A stretch of DNA of 63,870 nucleotides, filler included, from 9 parts of 9 records of this genome joined end to end with filler, not necessarily neighbours in it; one strand, 5' to 3'; positions 12,925 through 24,174 are shown, counted from the first letter of the whole stretch. Program-made: numbers and translations. The notes: a model not told the origin generated them from the sequence alone.

Positions 12925-15138
12925 GGCGGATTTCCCTTTGCATTACGATGGAAAGGATCAAAAATAGAAGGTCGTCTCCTTTACAATGTCACAAAAGAAA
13001 TTTTGGTAAAACTTGATGACTATGAATCTGAGGGCCAGTTATACAAAAGAAAAATCGCTAAAGTGCAAGTCAACGGAGAAATTTTAGAGGCTTTTGTTTA
13101 TGTAGGAAAACCCAAAGCATTGAAACCTTACTTTCAAAAAGGTTTTGCTGAAAGGGATCGCATTGAAGAATATGTGGAAAAAAACGTAACCCGCTATCTG
13201 GAAGGTGAAGCTGGTCGTCTTATTTTTGATAATCCTGAGAATTTATCGGTCAATGTTATCCGGGAGTTATTATCTGAAGAGATCCATAGCCTTATGCGCC
13301 AGTATTTTCATGACGCTGGACTGCCGCCCTTTATAATCCGGCATGAAATTGAAAAGGCTAACATTCCAAATCTTAACTGGCTGAAAACAGATACGACAGC
13401 TCGTCGATACGCTGATAATTATATAGCGCTTGCAGTCAGATTTATGATATTTAACCAATTGGAGGAACGCTTTCGCGACGATTATCGATCACATTTAAAG
13501 GTCGATGAGCCCTATTATCTTCATACGATCTCTGCCATGGTGGCTCTTAAACTGCTGGCAAAATATCATCAGCAGCTCGAAACAGCCCTGTTACAACTTG
13601 GTGTTGACAGGTATGTTCCGGATCTTCAATATACGGATTATGCTGTCGCTGCCATCTATATTGCTGAAAATCTCTATACCAAACCCCGTGCAGACCAGAT
13701 CATAGACTGGGTTCGAAGTAACCGCAAGGTCGGCATGCTTCCACTGGGTGCGGAACTGGAATTTTCAAATCTTGGTGTCAGAGCTGTCGAAGCAAAAGAA
13801 GGAGAAGATCCTGTCTATGACAGTTTTAACTATTTCTATGACTTTGATCTTATGCGACGAGGTTGGAAACTTGGAGCTCATGTGGACGATCACGGTTTTT
13901 TGACATCAGCCGATATTCGAACACGTGGTTTTCTGGAATTAGCTTTTGGCAGATTTAAACTTTTAGGCGACATCTCAAAGCCAGCGACTCAGGATCCATG
14001 GATTCTTTCAAATATAATTGATCTTTCTATTCGCTTTGTCAACATCAAACCACATAGTTTGCATTTAAGTATTGATATTCCTCCTAATACGCCTTTTAAA
14101 AAGGTGAAAAATCCGGAGCTTTTCCTCTGTCTTTTACTCCTTGGAGGTGATCTTCGAGAAGATCAAAATGGCAAGCTTCGGGAAATGCGAGTTTTTCGTA
14201 GTGAGATTTATCATCAAAAAGGAGGTCTGTTTTTCTCCCGGCTCAATCGTCATCACAATAATCCCGAAGAGGATAAATGGTCTTTTGTCGTTGAATATCA
14301 ATTTCCACGTTTACATTATGAATATGATTATCAACCACTGATAATGGCTCTGAAGGGATTTCAGATCGAAGCAAATCCATACCCTTTCAGAAATTGTAAA
14401 GATTTTCCTTTTCAGGAATATTATGACGAAATTGAAGCTAATATTAAACAATGGGCCGCTAATCCGATACCCATATCCAAAGAAACAATTAACGAGTTTC
14501 TCAATCTGGTTGAAAAAGGTCTGGATATGGAAGCGTCTATTATAAGTAAAGAATATGAAAAATATTGCCAACGAATTATTGGTCGAATTGAAGAACAACT
14601 TAAACGAAGAAACAAAAGAATAATAAATTATCATGCACAATTTCAAAAAGACCTTTTAGCAGTCATTAACGATCATCGGGAAGAACTCATTTACAGAATC
14701 TGTAACCGTTTACAGGGACTCCCATCTTCCCATTACGAACTGATCGATTATTCCAGTCATCAGGAAAGAGAAGAAGAATTTATGGACATTCTCCTTCAGG
14801 CTTTCACAGATGGTAATTATCATTCCTTTATATCCTACATGGAAGAGCTGGCATCGACTCGATCCAATGAAGGATACAGCCTGGATGAAGTCCAAAAAGC
14901 AATCAATATCATCCAGGATGAACTGACAAACATTTTTATCACTCATCTTAATCTCCCCAAGGATGTTGTAAAGACACTACTCAGCTTTTTTCGAGGATTT
15001 GGTATTGCCAAAGATCATGCAGCAACGATCTATCTTAAAGAGGCCATAGAAACACAGAAAGAACTGGAAACATTAAAGCAAAAATTTTACGCCTACCGAC
15101 ATGATCGAAAAGATCATTCAAATAATAAAGAGCCTTAA
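12925..15138 (+). CDS. Gamma-glutamylcyclotransferase-like domain + putative amidoligase (GS/GCS-fold) domain + RsbRD_N-like helical region; 5' truncated
   Basis: Frame open from contig edge: GGFPFA...IEGRLLY...KLDDYESEGQLYKR...AFVYVG (GGCT-like); GAELEF, GFLELAFG, HSLHLS, VEYQFPR (ligase-like); EELASTRSNEGYSLDEVQKAINII (RsbRD_N-like). Confidence 0.6.
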   Translation, partial: GGFPFALRWKGSKIEGRLLYNVTKEILVKLDDYESEGQLYKRKIAKVQVNGEILEAFVYVGKPKALKPYFQKGFAERDRIEEYVEKNVTRYLEGEAGRLIFDNPENLSVNVIRELLSEEIHSLMRQYFHDAGLPPFIIRHEIEKANIPNLNWLKTDTTARRYADNYIALAVRFMIFNQLEERFRDDYRSHLKVDEPYYLHTISAMVALKLLAKYHQQLETALLQLGVDRYVPDLQYTDYAVAAIYIAENLYTKPRADQIIDWVRSNRKVGMLPLGAELEFSNLGVRAVEAKEGEDPVYDSFNYFYDFDLMRRGWKLGAHVDDHGFLTSADIRTRGFLELAFGRFKLLGDISKPATQDPWILSNIIDLSIRFVNIKPHSLHLSIDIPPNTPFKKVKNPELFLCLLLLGGDLREDQNGKLREMRVFRSEIYHQKGGLFFSRLNRHHNNPEEDKWSFVVEYQFPRLHYEYDYQPLIMALKGFQIEANPYPFRNCKDFPFQEYYDEIEANIKQWAANPIPISKETINEFLNLVEKGLDMEASIISKEYEKYCQRIIGRIEEQLKRRNKRIINYHAQFQKDLLAVINDHREELIYRICNRLQGLPSSHYELIDYSSHQEREEEFMDILLQAFTDGNYHSFISYMEELASTRSNEGYSLDEVQKAINIIQDELTNIFITHLNLPKDVVKTLLSFFRGFGIAKDHAATIYLKEAIETQKELETLKQKFYAYRHDRKDHSNNKEP

Positions 15139-15408
15139 AGTTCATACTTGCATTTTCCCTTGTTGCTTTATAAGAAATATCTTCTATCTTTGATTATGTT
15201 ATGATTTTATATCTTTAACACGCTCGCAAATTTATCTAAATTCAAAAGATCTATTTGAAGCTGGTATAAAGATGGGTCATTTAATCATACTATCCGTTTT
15301 GTAATGTTCAAACAAGGAAAATAATTTCTTTTGTTACCTGGAGCTACACATTTATAGCTCCGGATTTAAAAAATGAGCTTGATTAATACTAATGATAAAG
15401 GAGAACCC

Positions 15409-16605
15409 ATGAATAATGAAATACTCGAAAAAGCAAAGCAGCATTTTGCTACCCTGGTACAGAATCAATTAGACCGTGTTGAAAAAATGAAAAAAGCTGA
15501 AGATTGGCTCGATTTCAATCAAATAAAATCCATCAAGATTGGTTTTTGCTGGGGTGATGGTATCGGTCCGATTATTTCCCAGGAAACCCAAAGAGTACTG
15601 GAGTATCTCCTTGAAGACGATATCAAATCCGGAAAACTGGAGTTTCGCACTATCGAGGGCTTGACAATAGAAAACCGTGTCAAGCACATGAAAGCCATTC
15701 CTGATGATGTGCTCCAAGAACTCAAAGCCTGCCATGTTATCCTGAAAGCACCAACAACAACACCTGAAAAAGGCGGTCCTTATCCTAATATTGAAAGTGC
15801 GAATGTTGCAATGCGTCGGGAACTGGATCTGTTCGCCAATGTGAGACCTGTAAAAGTGCCAGCTGAAGGTATTGACTGGATCTTCTTTCGTGAAAATACA
15901 GAAGGATCCTATATCCTGGGTAGCCAGGGCATACAGCTGACAGAGGATGTGGCTTTTGATTTCAAAGTCATTACCAAACAGGGTGCCGAACGCATAATCC
16001 GCATGGCATTTGAACACGCTAAAAAGAATGGCATTGATAATGTCACTGTTGTCACAAAAGCGAATGTCGTCAAAACAACAGATGGGCTTTTCCTGGAAAC
16101 TGCGGAAAGAATTGCCAAAGAATATCCTGGCATTAAATGGGAAGGTTGGTACATTGATATCATGACAGCCAAATTGGTAGACCCAAAACGCCGGACTCAA
16201 TTCCGCGTCATCGTTTTACCCAATCTCTATGGCGATATTTTAACCGATGAAGCAGCCGAGTTTCAGGGTGGTGTTGGTACAGCTGGAAGTGCCAATATCG
16301 GCAAACAATATTCCATGTTCGAAGCGATTCACGGCTCTGCACCAAGGATGATGAAAGAAGGAAGAGGACAATACGCTGATCCGTCAAGCCTGATCCGAGC
16401 TTCCGCCATGATGCTTAATCATATTGGTCTTATGGAGTTAGGTGGAAAGTTGGAAATGGCTCTGGATATCACCGGTCAATACGAGAAAAAAGTGGTCATA
16501 ACCGGGCGTGATGATGGCGCTACAAGTCGTGAATTTTGCGACTATTTACTGGATACTGTCAAAGATCCTGATTTGAAAAACAAATGGGAAAAATTAGTTA
16601 AATAA
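15409..16605 (+). CDS. Isocitrate/isopropylmalate dehydrogenase family protein, likely isocitrate dehydrogenase
   Basis: GDGIGP, RENTEG, KANV, NLYGDILTD, FEAIHGSAP; AAGGAG RBS before ATG 15409; adjacent to aconitase. Confidence 0.88.
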   Translation: MNNEILEKAKQHFATLVQNQLDRVEKMKKAEDWLDFNQIKSIKIGFCWGDGIGPIISQETQRVLEYLLEDDIKSGKLEFRTIEGLTIENRVKHMKAIPDDVLQELKACHVILKAPTTTPEKGGPYPNIESANVAMRRELDLFANVRPVKVPAEGIDWIFFRENTEGSYILGSQGIQLTEDVAFDFKVITKQGAERIIRMAFEHAKKNGIDNVTVVTKANVVKTTDGLFLETAERIAKEYPGIKWEGWYIDIMTAKLVDPKRRTQFRVIVLPNLYGDILTDEAAEFQGGVGTAGSANIGKQYSMFEAIHGSAPRMMKEGRGQYADPSSLIRASAMMLNHIGLMELGGKLEMALDITGQYEKKVVITGRDDGATSREFCDYLLDTVKDPDLKNKWEKLVK

Positions 16606-16629
16606 TCTCATTTAAAATAATTTAAATTC

Positions 16630-16715
16630 CCGCAAATGCGCAAAGGCTATATAAAAACACAAGAAAAGTGAGTAAAATCCAACTGTGTTTCTTGTATTTT
16701 CTTTGCGTTTTGCGG
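16630..16715. repeat. Long imperfect inverted repeat (REP/MITE-like)
   Basis: CCGCAAA.GCGCAAAG...ACAAGAAA pairs with TTTCTTGT...CTTTGCGTTTTGCGG. Confidence 0.6.
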
Positions 16716-16776
16716 TTTTATAAAGTATTATCACATTTTCAAGCTGTAATACATAAATACATTAAGGGATTTCATT

Positions 16777-19490
16777 ATGCCGCTATTAAATAAAAACCCA
16801 TTCGGTGCAAAATCTCAGATTCAAACCGATTCAGGGTCTGTTGCTCTCTATCGTTTAGACCAATTGGAAAAAATGGGAATTGGCAACATTGCAAAATTAC
16901 CCTTTACCATAAAAATTCTTCTGGAATCCGTGTTGCGCAATTGCGACAACACAATCATTTCAGAGCAGGATGTAGAAAATCTGGCCAATTGGCAGCCACA
17001 GCAAAAGAATCCAACTGAAGTACCATTTAAGCCCGCCCGCGTGCTTTTGCAGGACTTTACCGGCGTTCCATCCCTGGTTGATCTAGCTGCCATGAGATCA
17101 GCTATGAGCAAACTGGGTGGAGATGCAAAAAAAATTGAACCATTAATCCCGTCAGAGCTGGTTATTGATCACTCTGTTCAAATCGATTATTTTGGCATTC
17201 AGGATGCCCTCAAGCGAAATATGGAAATTGAATTCCAACGCAATCGGGAACGATATGAATTCCTGAAATGGGGTCAAAACGCATTTAAAAAATTTACTGT
17301 CATTCCACCAGGTGTAGGTATCGTTCACCAGGTCAATCTTGAGTATTTTGCCCGCGGTGTTTTCCAGGCTAAAGAAAATGGTGAAACAGTTGCCTATCCT
17401 GACAGTCTTGTTGGAACAGACTCTCACACAACCATGATTAACGGGCTTGGAATCGTAGGCTGGGGCGTTGGTGGTATCGAGGCCGAAGCTGTCATGCTGG
17501 GACAACCTATCTATATGCTTATGCCAGAAGTTATTGGATTTCGTCTTTTTGGCAAATTGCCTGAAGGAGCCACTGCAACAGATCTGGTTCTAACCGCCAC
17601 AGAAATGCTGCGAAAAAAAGGCGTTGTGGGTAAATTTGTCGAATTTTTCGGACCTGGTTTGAGTCAGCTATCTCTACCTGACCGTGCTACACTGGCAAAT
17701 ATGTCTCCGGAATATGGTGCCACTATGGGTTTCTTTCCCATAGATGATGAGTCGCTCAACTATCTGCGTAATACAGGACGCTCGAATGAGCTCGTTCAAC
17801 TTGTCGAAAAATACACAAAAGAGCAGGGACTTTTCCGCACAGATGACACACCGGATCCCGAGTTTACAGACACACTGGAACTGGACCTGAATACTGTCCA
17901 GGCAAGTCTCGCCGGACCAAAACGTCCGCAAGACAGAATCACCCTGCCAAACATGAAAAAAGCGTTTCAAAACTCGTTGACAGCGCCAATTGAACAACGG
18001 GGATTTCAGCTGGGTGAAAAAGAGTTAATAAAATCCACTGATATTTCTATGAATAGCGATGAAAAAACCACACTCAAACATGGTTCTGTGGTTATTGCAT
18101 CGATCACGAGTTGCACCAACACCAGCAATCCTTCCGTCATGCTGGGTGCAGCGATTGTGGCTAAAAAAGCAGTTGAACGCGGCCTTTCAGTGCCACCTTA
18201 CGTCAAAACAAGCCTGGCACCTGGTTCCCGCGTTGTGACCGAATATCTTGCTGATACCGGACTGGATAAGTATCTTGACCAGCTCGGTTTTCAAACTGTT
18301 GGATATGGTTGTGCAACATGCATTGGCAACAGTGGCCCATTGCCGGAACCAGTGGCAAACGGCATCAAGGAGGCGAATCTGATTGCAGCGTCTGTTCTAA
18401 GTGGCAATCGTAATTTTGAAGGTCGTATTAATCCGTTAACCAAAGCCAATTATCTGGCCTCCCCCCATTGGTTGTGGCTTTTGCTCTGGCCGGAAAAGTG
18501 GATATAGATCTTGATTCAGAACCTCTGGCCAATGGTAAAGATGGAAAACCTGTTTATCTGAAAGATATCTGGCCCACGAATGAAGAGCTCAAGACCTATC
18601 TGAGTAGCGCTACCAAACCGGACACTTTTCACAAGATGTACAAAGATGTGAACTCTTTTAATCCGGATTGGAACAAGGTGCCGGTTGAGGAGAGCGAGCT
18701 TTATAATTGGCGTGCGGATTCCACTTATATTCAGGAACCACCCTTTTTTATCGATCTGAAAGAAGAACCGGACTCCATTCAGGCCATAAAGAGTGCCCGG
18801 GTGTTAGCCTTGCTGGGTGATTCAGTCACCACCGATCATATCTCTCCTGCAGGCGCGATCCCTCTGGATAGTCCGGCTGCCCGTTACCTGCAGGATAATA
18901 ATGTGGAGCCCAAAGATTTTAATTCTTTTGGCTCACGTCGTGGTAATGACAGGGTGATGGTTCGTGGTACCTTTGGCAATATACGACTAAAAAATCTACT
19001 GGCACCAGGCACGGAAGGTGGCGTTACACGTTATTTGCCTGATGGAGAACAAATGTGGATCTATGATGCTTCTGAAAAATATCAGAAAGAAGGCATCCCA
19101 CTTGTTGTACTGGCTGGTAAAGAATACGGTACCGGCAGTTCCCGCGACTGGGCTGCTAAAGGCACCCTCCTGCTTGGCGTTAAAGCCGTTCTGGCAGAGA
19201 GCTTTGAGCGTATCCATAGAAGCAATCTGGTTGGAATGGGAGTATTACCCATGCAATTCAAGCAAGGTGATTCTGCAAAATCTCTCAATCTCACAGGCCA
19301 TGAAAAATATACTATTCATGTCGATGATAACATTCAGCCATTACAGGATGTTCAGGTTGACGTTGAAGATGATAATGGCAATATTAGTACTTTTACGGCT
19401 ACTTTACGTCTGGACACACCTGTTGAGATTAAATATTATAGAAATGGTGGAATCCTGCAAACAGTGCTTAGGGATATGCTGGGGAAATAA
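16777..19490 (+). CDS. acnA: Aconitate hydratase A, split by a missing C at 18461-18466
   Basis: [56 protein letters not shown]; restoring one C gives YLASPPLVVA. Confidence 0.96.
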
Positions 19491-19546
19491 GGTTTTCCAA
19501 TTGAAAAGTTACGTAAAATACATATAATCAAAATCTTACTAACCTC

Positions 19547-19570
19547 CGTCCCAAACTGCAGTTTGGGACG
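19547..19570. repeat. Perfect 24-bp palindrome at contig end, REP-like
   Basis: CGTCCCAAACTG|CAGTTTGGGACG. Confidence 0.65.
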
Positions 19571-19670
19571 NNNNNNNNNNNNNNNNNNNNNNNNNNNNNN
19601 NNNNNNNNNNNNNNTTAATTAATTAANNNNNNNNNNNNNNNNNNNNNNNNNNNNNNNNNNNNNNNNNNNN
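19571..19670. other. Artificial contig spacer
   Basis: N44-TTAATTAATTAA-N44. Confidence 0.99.
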
Positions 19671-20930
19671 TCCCGGATATTCGTAATAATGATAATACAA
19701 CGATTCGCGCCAATCGTTAGGAGTTTCACCTTTCAGAAGCGGAACTATACTTAAGCCCTGCATATCTTCAGGAATTGGAGCGCCGGCAATATCAAGAAAA
19801 GTTTCAGCAAAGTCGATATTTTGAACCAAGTCGGTATTTACGCTACCGGCTTTTACTGTTCCCGGCCATTTTACAAGTAGTGGCGTGCGGAACGACTCTT
19901 CGTACATCATTCGTTTATCGAACCAACCGTGCTCGCCCATATAAAATCCCTGGTCCGAAGAATAACAAACAATTGTATTTTCGTCTAAATCCAAGTCTTT
20001 CAGGGCATTCATAATTTCACCTACACTTTCGTCCACACTCCAAATGCAGCGCAGGTAGTCTTTCATATAGGTTTGGTATTTCCATTTTGTCAATTCTTTC
20101 CCTTCAGGTTTATTTTGGGCCATCCATTCAAAACGACTTTTGAAACGCGGATCGTTGGCATACATTTTCCCTTCAGCTTTTAAATCGCGGGCAAGGTTCA
20201 TGCTTGTGGCAATGTCCAATTCCTGTTCGTTGGCTGCGGTTCCTTTTGTGGCATAGTCATCAAACAGGTTATCCGGCTCAGGAATTTCAATGTCTTCGTA
20301 TTTTTGCATGTGTTGTTTTGCCGGATCCCAGTTGCGGTGGGGGGCTTTATGGTGCACCATCAGCATAAAAGGCTTTTCTTTTGTCCATCCGTTTTTCAAC
20401 CAGTTCAGCGCACGTTCTGTAATTACTTCGGTAACATAACGCTCTTTATAATTTGTTTTCCCTTCTTCAGTAATAAATTCTGGATTATAATATTTTCCCT
20501 GACCTGGCAGAACTTCCCAATAATCGAAACCCTGCATATTTCCATCAAGGTGTATTTTTCCAATCATAGCTGTTTCGTACCCATTATGGCGAAGTATTTT
20601 CTGAAACTGTTGTTGGTCGTGGTTAAACGGATGACGTTTAGTGTTGGTGTATTTGCCATTCATGTGGCTCATTTTGCCGGTAAGTAGAGCAGCGCGGCTT
20701 GGTGCACAAATAGAATTCTCTACATAACACTTCTCGAAACGCATTCCATCGGCTGCAAGTTTATCGAGATTTGGAGTTGGATTCAAACTTTGTAAGCGCC
20801 CGCCGTAGGCTCCAATGGTTTGGTACGAGTGGTCGTCGGAGAAAATCCATACGATGTTGGGCTTTTGTTTCGTTTTAGTGCATGACGAAAAAATAATCAG
20901 GCATAAAATAAATACTGAAAGAAGTTTCAT
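19671..20930 (-). CDS. Cys-type formylglycine sulfatase, lipoprotein, 3' truncated
   Basis: Lipobox FSSC, PNIVWIFSDD, CAPSRAALLTG, GKIHL, SDQG...GEHG.FDKR. Confidence 0.93.
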
Positions 20931-21284
20931 AGGTTTATTGATTTATTATTCCATTCAAAGTTATTAATTCCATTAGGCGACAACGGTGGTTAAATTGCTT
21001 AAGAAAGGTGGCAAAAACTCAAAATATAGAGCTGCCTGCCAAAGGGCTGACATTTTAAGTCAGCCCATTTCTTACTTACAAATCAATCTTATTTACTTAA
21101 TTAATCCATGAGTAGAATATTCAAACTCATGCTTAATTTAACACTGCCAAAAATACGAACCAAAAACACCAATAAACAGGAAATGCTATACATAAAAACT
21201 ATACAAGATTTATTTTTCTTTACATTCGTACTTATACAAGTCGAGAAATTAATATATTAGTAGTCGAATTAGACATCTATTCAT

Positions 21285-22922
21285 ATGAAACTAATTTTCA
21301 GTTGTTTAAAACAAATTATATTGATATTTATTCTCTTTTTAGGGGGTAAACCTTATCTTATTCAGGGGCAAAATTCTATATCAAAATCCGAAAGCTATTA
21401 TACAAGTCAAATGTCTGTAGCCCGAAACCAATTACGAATTCGACCCGATAGTTCTTATTTGATTTTAAATGAATGTTATCGTTTTTTCAATCATAAAAAA
21501 GATACAAGTAAAACAGTTGCATGCCTTTTAAATATGGCGCAAGTTCAAAATCTAAAAGGGAAATACAGCCTTTCGTTCGACCATTTATGGGAAGCTCAAT
21601 ATATTCTCCGGAATCAAGATAAATCCCATGAAAAAGCAGCGGTTCACATCCAACTGGCACGTTTGTACGACTCGTTTAACATGACAAACGAAGCCCTTCA
21701 ACAGTTAGAAGGGGCAGTTCGGGTTTCGAAACTTATTTATAAGGATGATAAAAACGATACCCAACAACTTGTTGCCAGCTACATGAATTTAGCCGTAATA
21801 AATAGAAAATTAAATAATTACGCCATTGCACTGAGTTATCTCGATTCGTGTATCACTAACGAGCAATCGAAGGTTAATAAAAGTATAGAAATGCCATTCT
21901 GGGATGCCGAATGGGGCTATATTATGCTAAAACAGGGCGACTTCGCAGAAGCTGAAAAACATTTATTTGCTTCGAAAACTAATGTTAACGAACAAAAAGC
22001 AGACTACACACCTAATATTAATATGTATTTGGGAGAACTTAAAGTTGCCACTAACCAGCCCGACAGTGCTATTTTTTATTTCAATAAAAGCCTGAGTCTT
22101 ATCCAAAATAAAAAATTAAGTACTGAACTCGAATCAAAGGTGCTCAATAAATTATCGGAGGTGCATTATTCCCTTGGAAGAACTCAACGTGCTTTTCATT
22201 ATTTATCTCAGGCAAAAACGGTAGCCGACAGTACGCTTCGTTTAAAAAACCAAACCAACCGCGAACTTTTCGAAATTAAAAATACCTATCTCGAATCTAT
22301 CTCGGAAAAGAATGAACAAATAGAACAACAATCGGTTGTTATTCGGCAAAACAAATTAATCCAACAACGATTAAAAATTATACTGGCACTGGTTGTTCTG
22401 CTTGGGGTAGTTCTGGTTTTGGTTATTCGTATGCGTTTGAAATTACGAAAAACGCTTATCGAAAAAGATGCAAACGAACTTCAGGCAAAAATAAAGGAAG
22501 AACGCAATCAGGCTAAACTTGAATCAAAAAGTAAGGAACTCACTTCTTATGCCTTGCAGTTAATCGATAAAGACACTGCCATTGATGAATTACTAAAAGT
22601 TTTACAGAACGAATCTATTTCATCGTATAAAGCGCTTAACAACAAGTACCGTAAAGGATCGCAAGATTTATGGAATGAATTTAATTTGCGGTTTACTGAA
22701 GTTAATTCCGCATTTTACGAACGCTTAAAGTCGAAACATCCGAACCTTAGCGTAACCGAACAAAAACATTGTGCATTAATAAAACTGAACTTTGCTACCA
22801 AAGAAATGGCTCGTATACTGAATATTGAAACGCACAGTGTTCATATGTCGCGTTCCCGGATTAGAAAAAAAATTGGCTTGGAGCGAAGTGAAAGTTTGGA
22901 GGAATATATTGCCGGATTATAA
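21285..22922 (+). CDS. Membrane-anchored TPR sensor with C-terminal LuxR-type HTH
   Basis: Signal peptide, TPR-like helices, TM segment IILALVVLLGVVLVLVI, HTH region TKEMARILNIETHSVHMSRSRIRKKIGL. Confidence 0.85.
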   Translation: MKLIFSCLKQIILIFILFLGGKPYLIQGQNSISKSESYYTSQMSVARNQLRIRPDSSYLILNECYRFFNHKKDTSKTVACLLNMAQVQNLKGKYSLSFDHLWEAQYILRNQDKSHEKAAVHIQLARLYDSFNMTNEALQQLEGAVRVSKLIYKDDKNDTQQLVASYMNLAVINRKLNNYAIALSYLDSCITNEQSKVNKSIEMPFWDAEWGYIMLKQGDFAEAEKHLFASKTNVNEQKADYTPNINMYLGELKVATNQPDSAIFYFNKSLSLIQNKKLSTELESKVLNKLSEVHYSLGRTQRAFHYLSQAKTVADSTLRLKNQTNRELFEIKNTYLESISEKNEQIEQQSVVIRQNKLIQQRLKIILALVVLLGVVLVLVIRMRLKLRKTLIEKDANELQAKIKEERNQAKLESKSKELTSYALQLIDKDTAIDELLKVLQNESISSYKALNNKYRKGSQDLWNEFNLRFTEVNSAFYERLKSKHPNLSVTEQKHCALIKLNFATKEMARILNIETHSVHMSRSRIRKKIGLERSESLEEYIAGL

Positions 22923-23143
22923 TATTCATACTGTTTTTCACGCTTGTTGCTCCCTATTTTCAAAGAAAACTGTAGGATCAACACTAATTATCAGGCATTT
23001 ATATTATTTTCAACAACTTTTATTCCCAAAAATCCATAATAGTATTTTCGAATAGTATTGAACAATATTCGATTTCAAAAGTTAAGAAAGCCGGGTTATT
23101 TGTGTAATTCCACAAATTCCATATTTCCTTATTTAAACTGAAT

Positions 23144-23151
23144 TAACTTTG
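23144..23151 (+). promoter_or_regulatory. Bacteroidota -7 promoter element for fabI
   Basis: TAACTTTG matches TAnnTTTG, 27 nt before the ATG. Confidence 0.6.
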
Positions 23152-23178
23152 CAGCGTTAAAATTCATAAAAAGAAATC

Positions 23179-24051
23179 ATGGGTAATAACTTATTACAAG
23201 GAAAACGAGGAATTATTTTTGGGGCGTTAAATCCCGACTCAATTGCCTGGAAAGTGGCAGAAAGAGCTTGCGAAGAAGGCGCTACTTTAACATTAACAAA
23301 TACCCCGGTAGCCCTGAGAATGGGTGAAACAAAAGTTCTCGCTGAAAAATTGAATACCGAAGTTATTGGTGCTGATGCAACCAATATTGAGGATTTGAAT
23401 AACTTATTTATTAAATCGATGGAAGTTTTGGGTGGAAAAATTGACTTTGTTCTCCACTCAATTGGCATGTCTCCAAATGTGCGAAAAGAGCGCCATTACA
23501 GTGACTTAGATTATAACTACCTGGACAAAACGCTAGACGTTTCGGCAGTATCTTTTCATAAAATATTGCAGGTAGCCCGAAAACTGGATGCTATTAACGA
23601 ATGGGGCTCGGTTGTAGCTTTATCGTATGTAGCAGCACAGCGAACATTCTTTGGATACAACGACATGGCCGATGCTAAATCGTTATTAGAATCGATAGCA
23701 CGTAGTTTTGGATACATTTATGGTCGCGAGCGCCGTGTGCGGGTAAATACCATTTCACAATCGCCAACAGCTACTACTGCCGGAAACGGAATTAAAGGCT
23801 TCGATCGTTTAATGGATTTCGGCGAAAGAATGTCGCCACTGGGCAATGCATCGGGCGACGAGTGTGCAGATTACTGTATTACTTTGTTCTCTGATTTAAC
23901 ACGAAAAGTTACAATGCAAAACCTTTTCCACGATGGAGGATTCTCGAACATGGGTATGAGTTTGAGGGCGCTTCAGCAGTACGAAAAAGGATTAGCAAGT
24001 GATTGTGAATGTGGCGATTTGCCGGAGACCGATGAACACCGTTACGATTAA
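23179..24051 (+). CDS. fabI: Enoyl-ACP reductase
   Basis: GKRGIIFGALNPDSIAW, HSIGMS, YNDMADAK catalytic motif, HDGG. Confidence 0.9.
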   Translation: MGNNLLQGKRGIIFGALNPDSIAWKVAERACEEGATLTLTNTPVALRMGETKVLAEKLNTEVIGADATNIEDLNNLFIKSMEVLGGKIDFVLHSIGMSPNVRKERHYSDLDYNYLDKTLDVSAVSFHKILQVARKLDAINEWGSVVALSYVAAQRTFFGYNDMADAKSLLESIARSFGYIYGRERRVRVNTISQSPTATTAGNGIKGFDRLMDFGERMSPLGNASGDECADYCITLFSDLTRKVTMQNLFHDGGFSNMGMSLRALQQYEKGLASDCECGDLPETDEHRYD

Positions 24052-24078
24052 CTACAACTAATTCAATATATATTTTCT

Positions 24079-24110
24079 AAACCGTTCTCTTTTTTAGGGA
24101 GCGGTTTTTT
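24079..24110 (+). terminator. Rho-independent terminator of fabI
   Basis: AAACCGTTCTCT/AGGGAGCGGTTT stem followed by T-run. Confidence 0.7.
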
Positions 24111-24116
24111 ATTTGC

Positions 24117-24153
24117 AAAAAAAAGACAGCGATAAATACTACCGCTGTCTTTT
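24117..24153 (-). terminator. Rho-independent terminator of pyrG-yidC
   Basis: AAAAGACAGCG/CGCTGTCTTTT stem with U-tract on the minus strand. Confidence 0.7.
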
Positions 24154-24174
24154 CAATATAAAATCGTTATTCTT

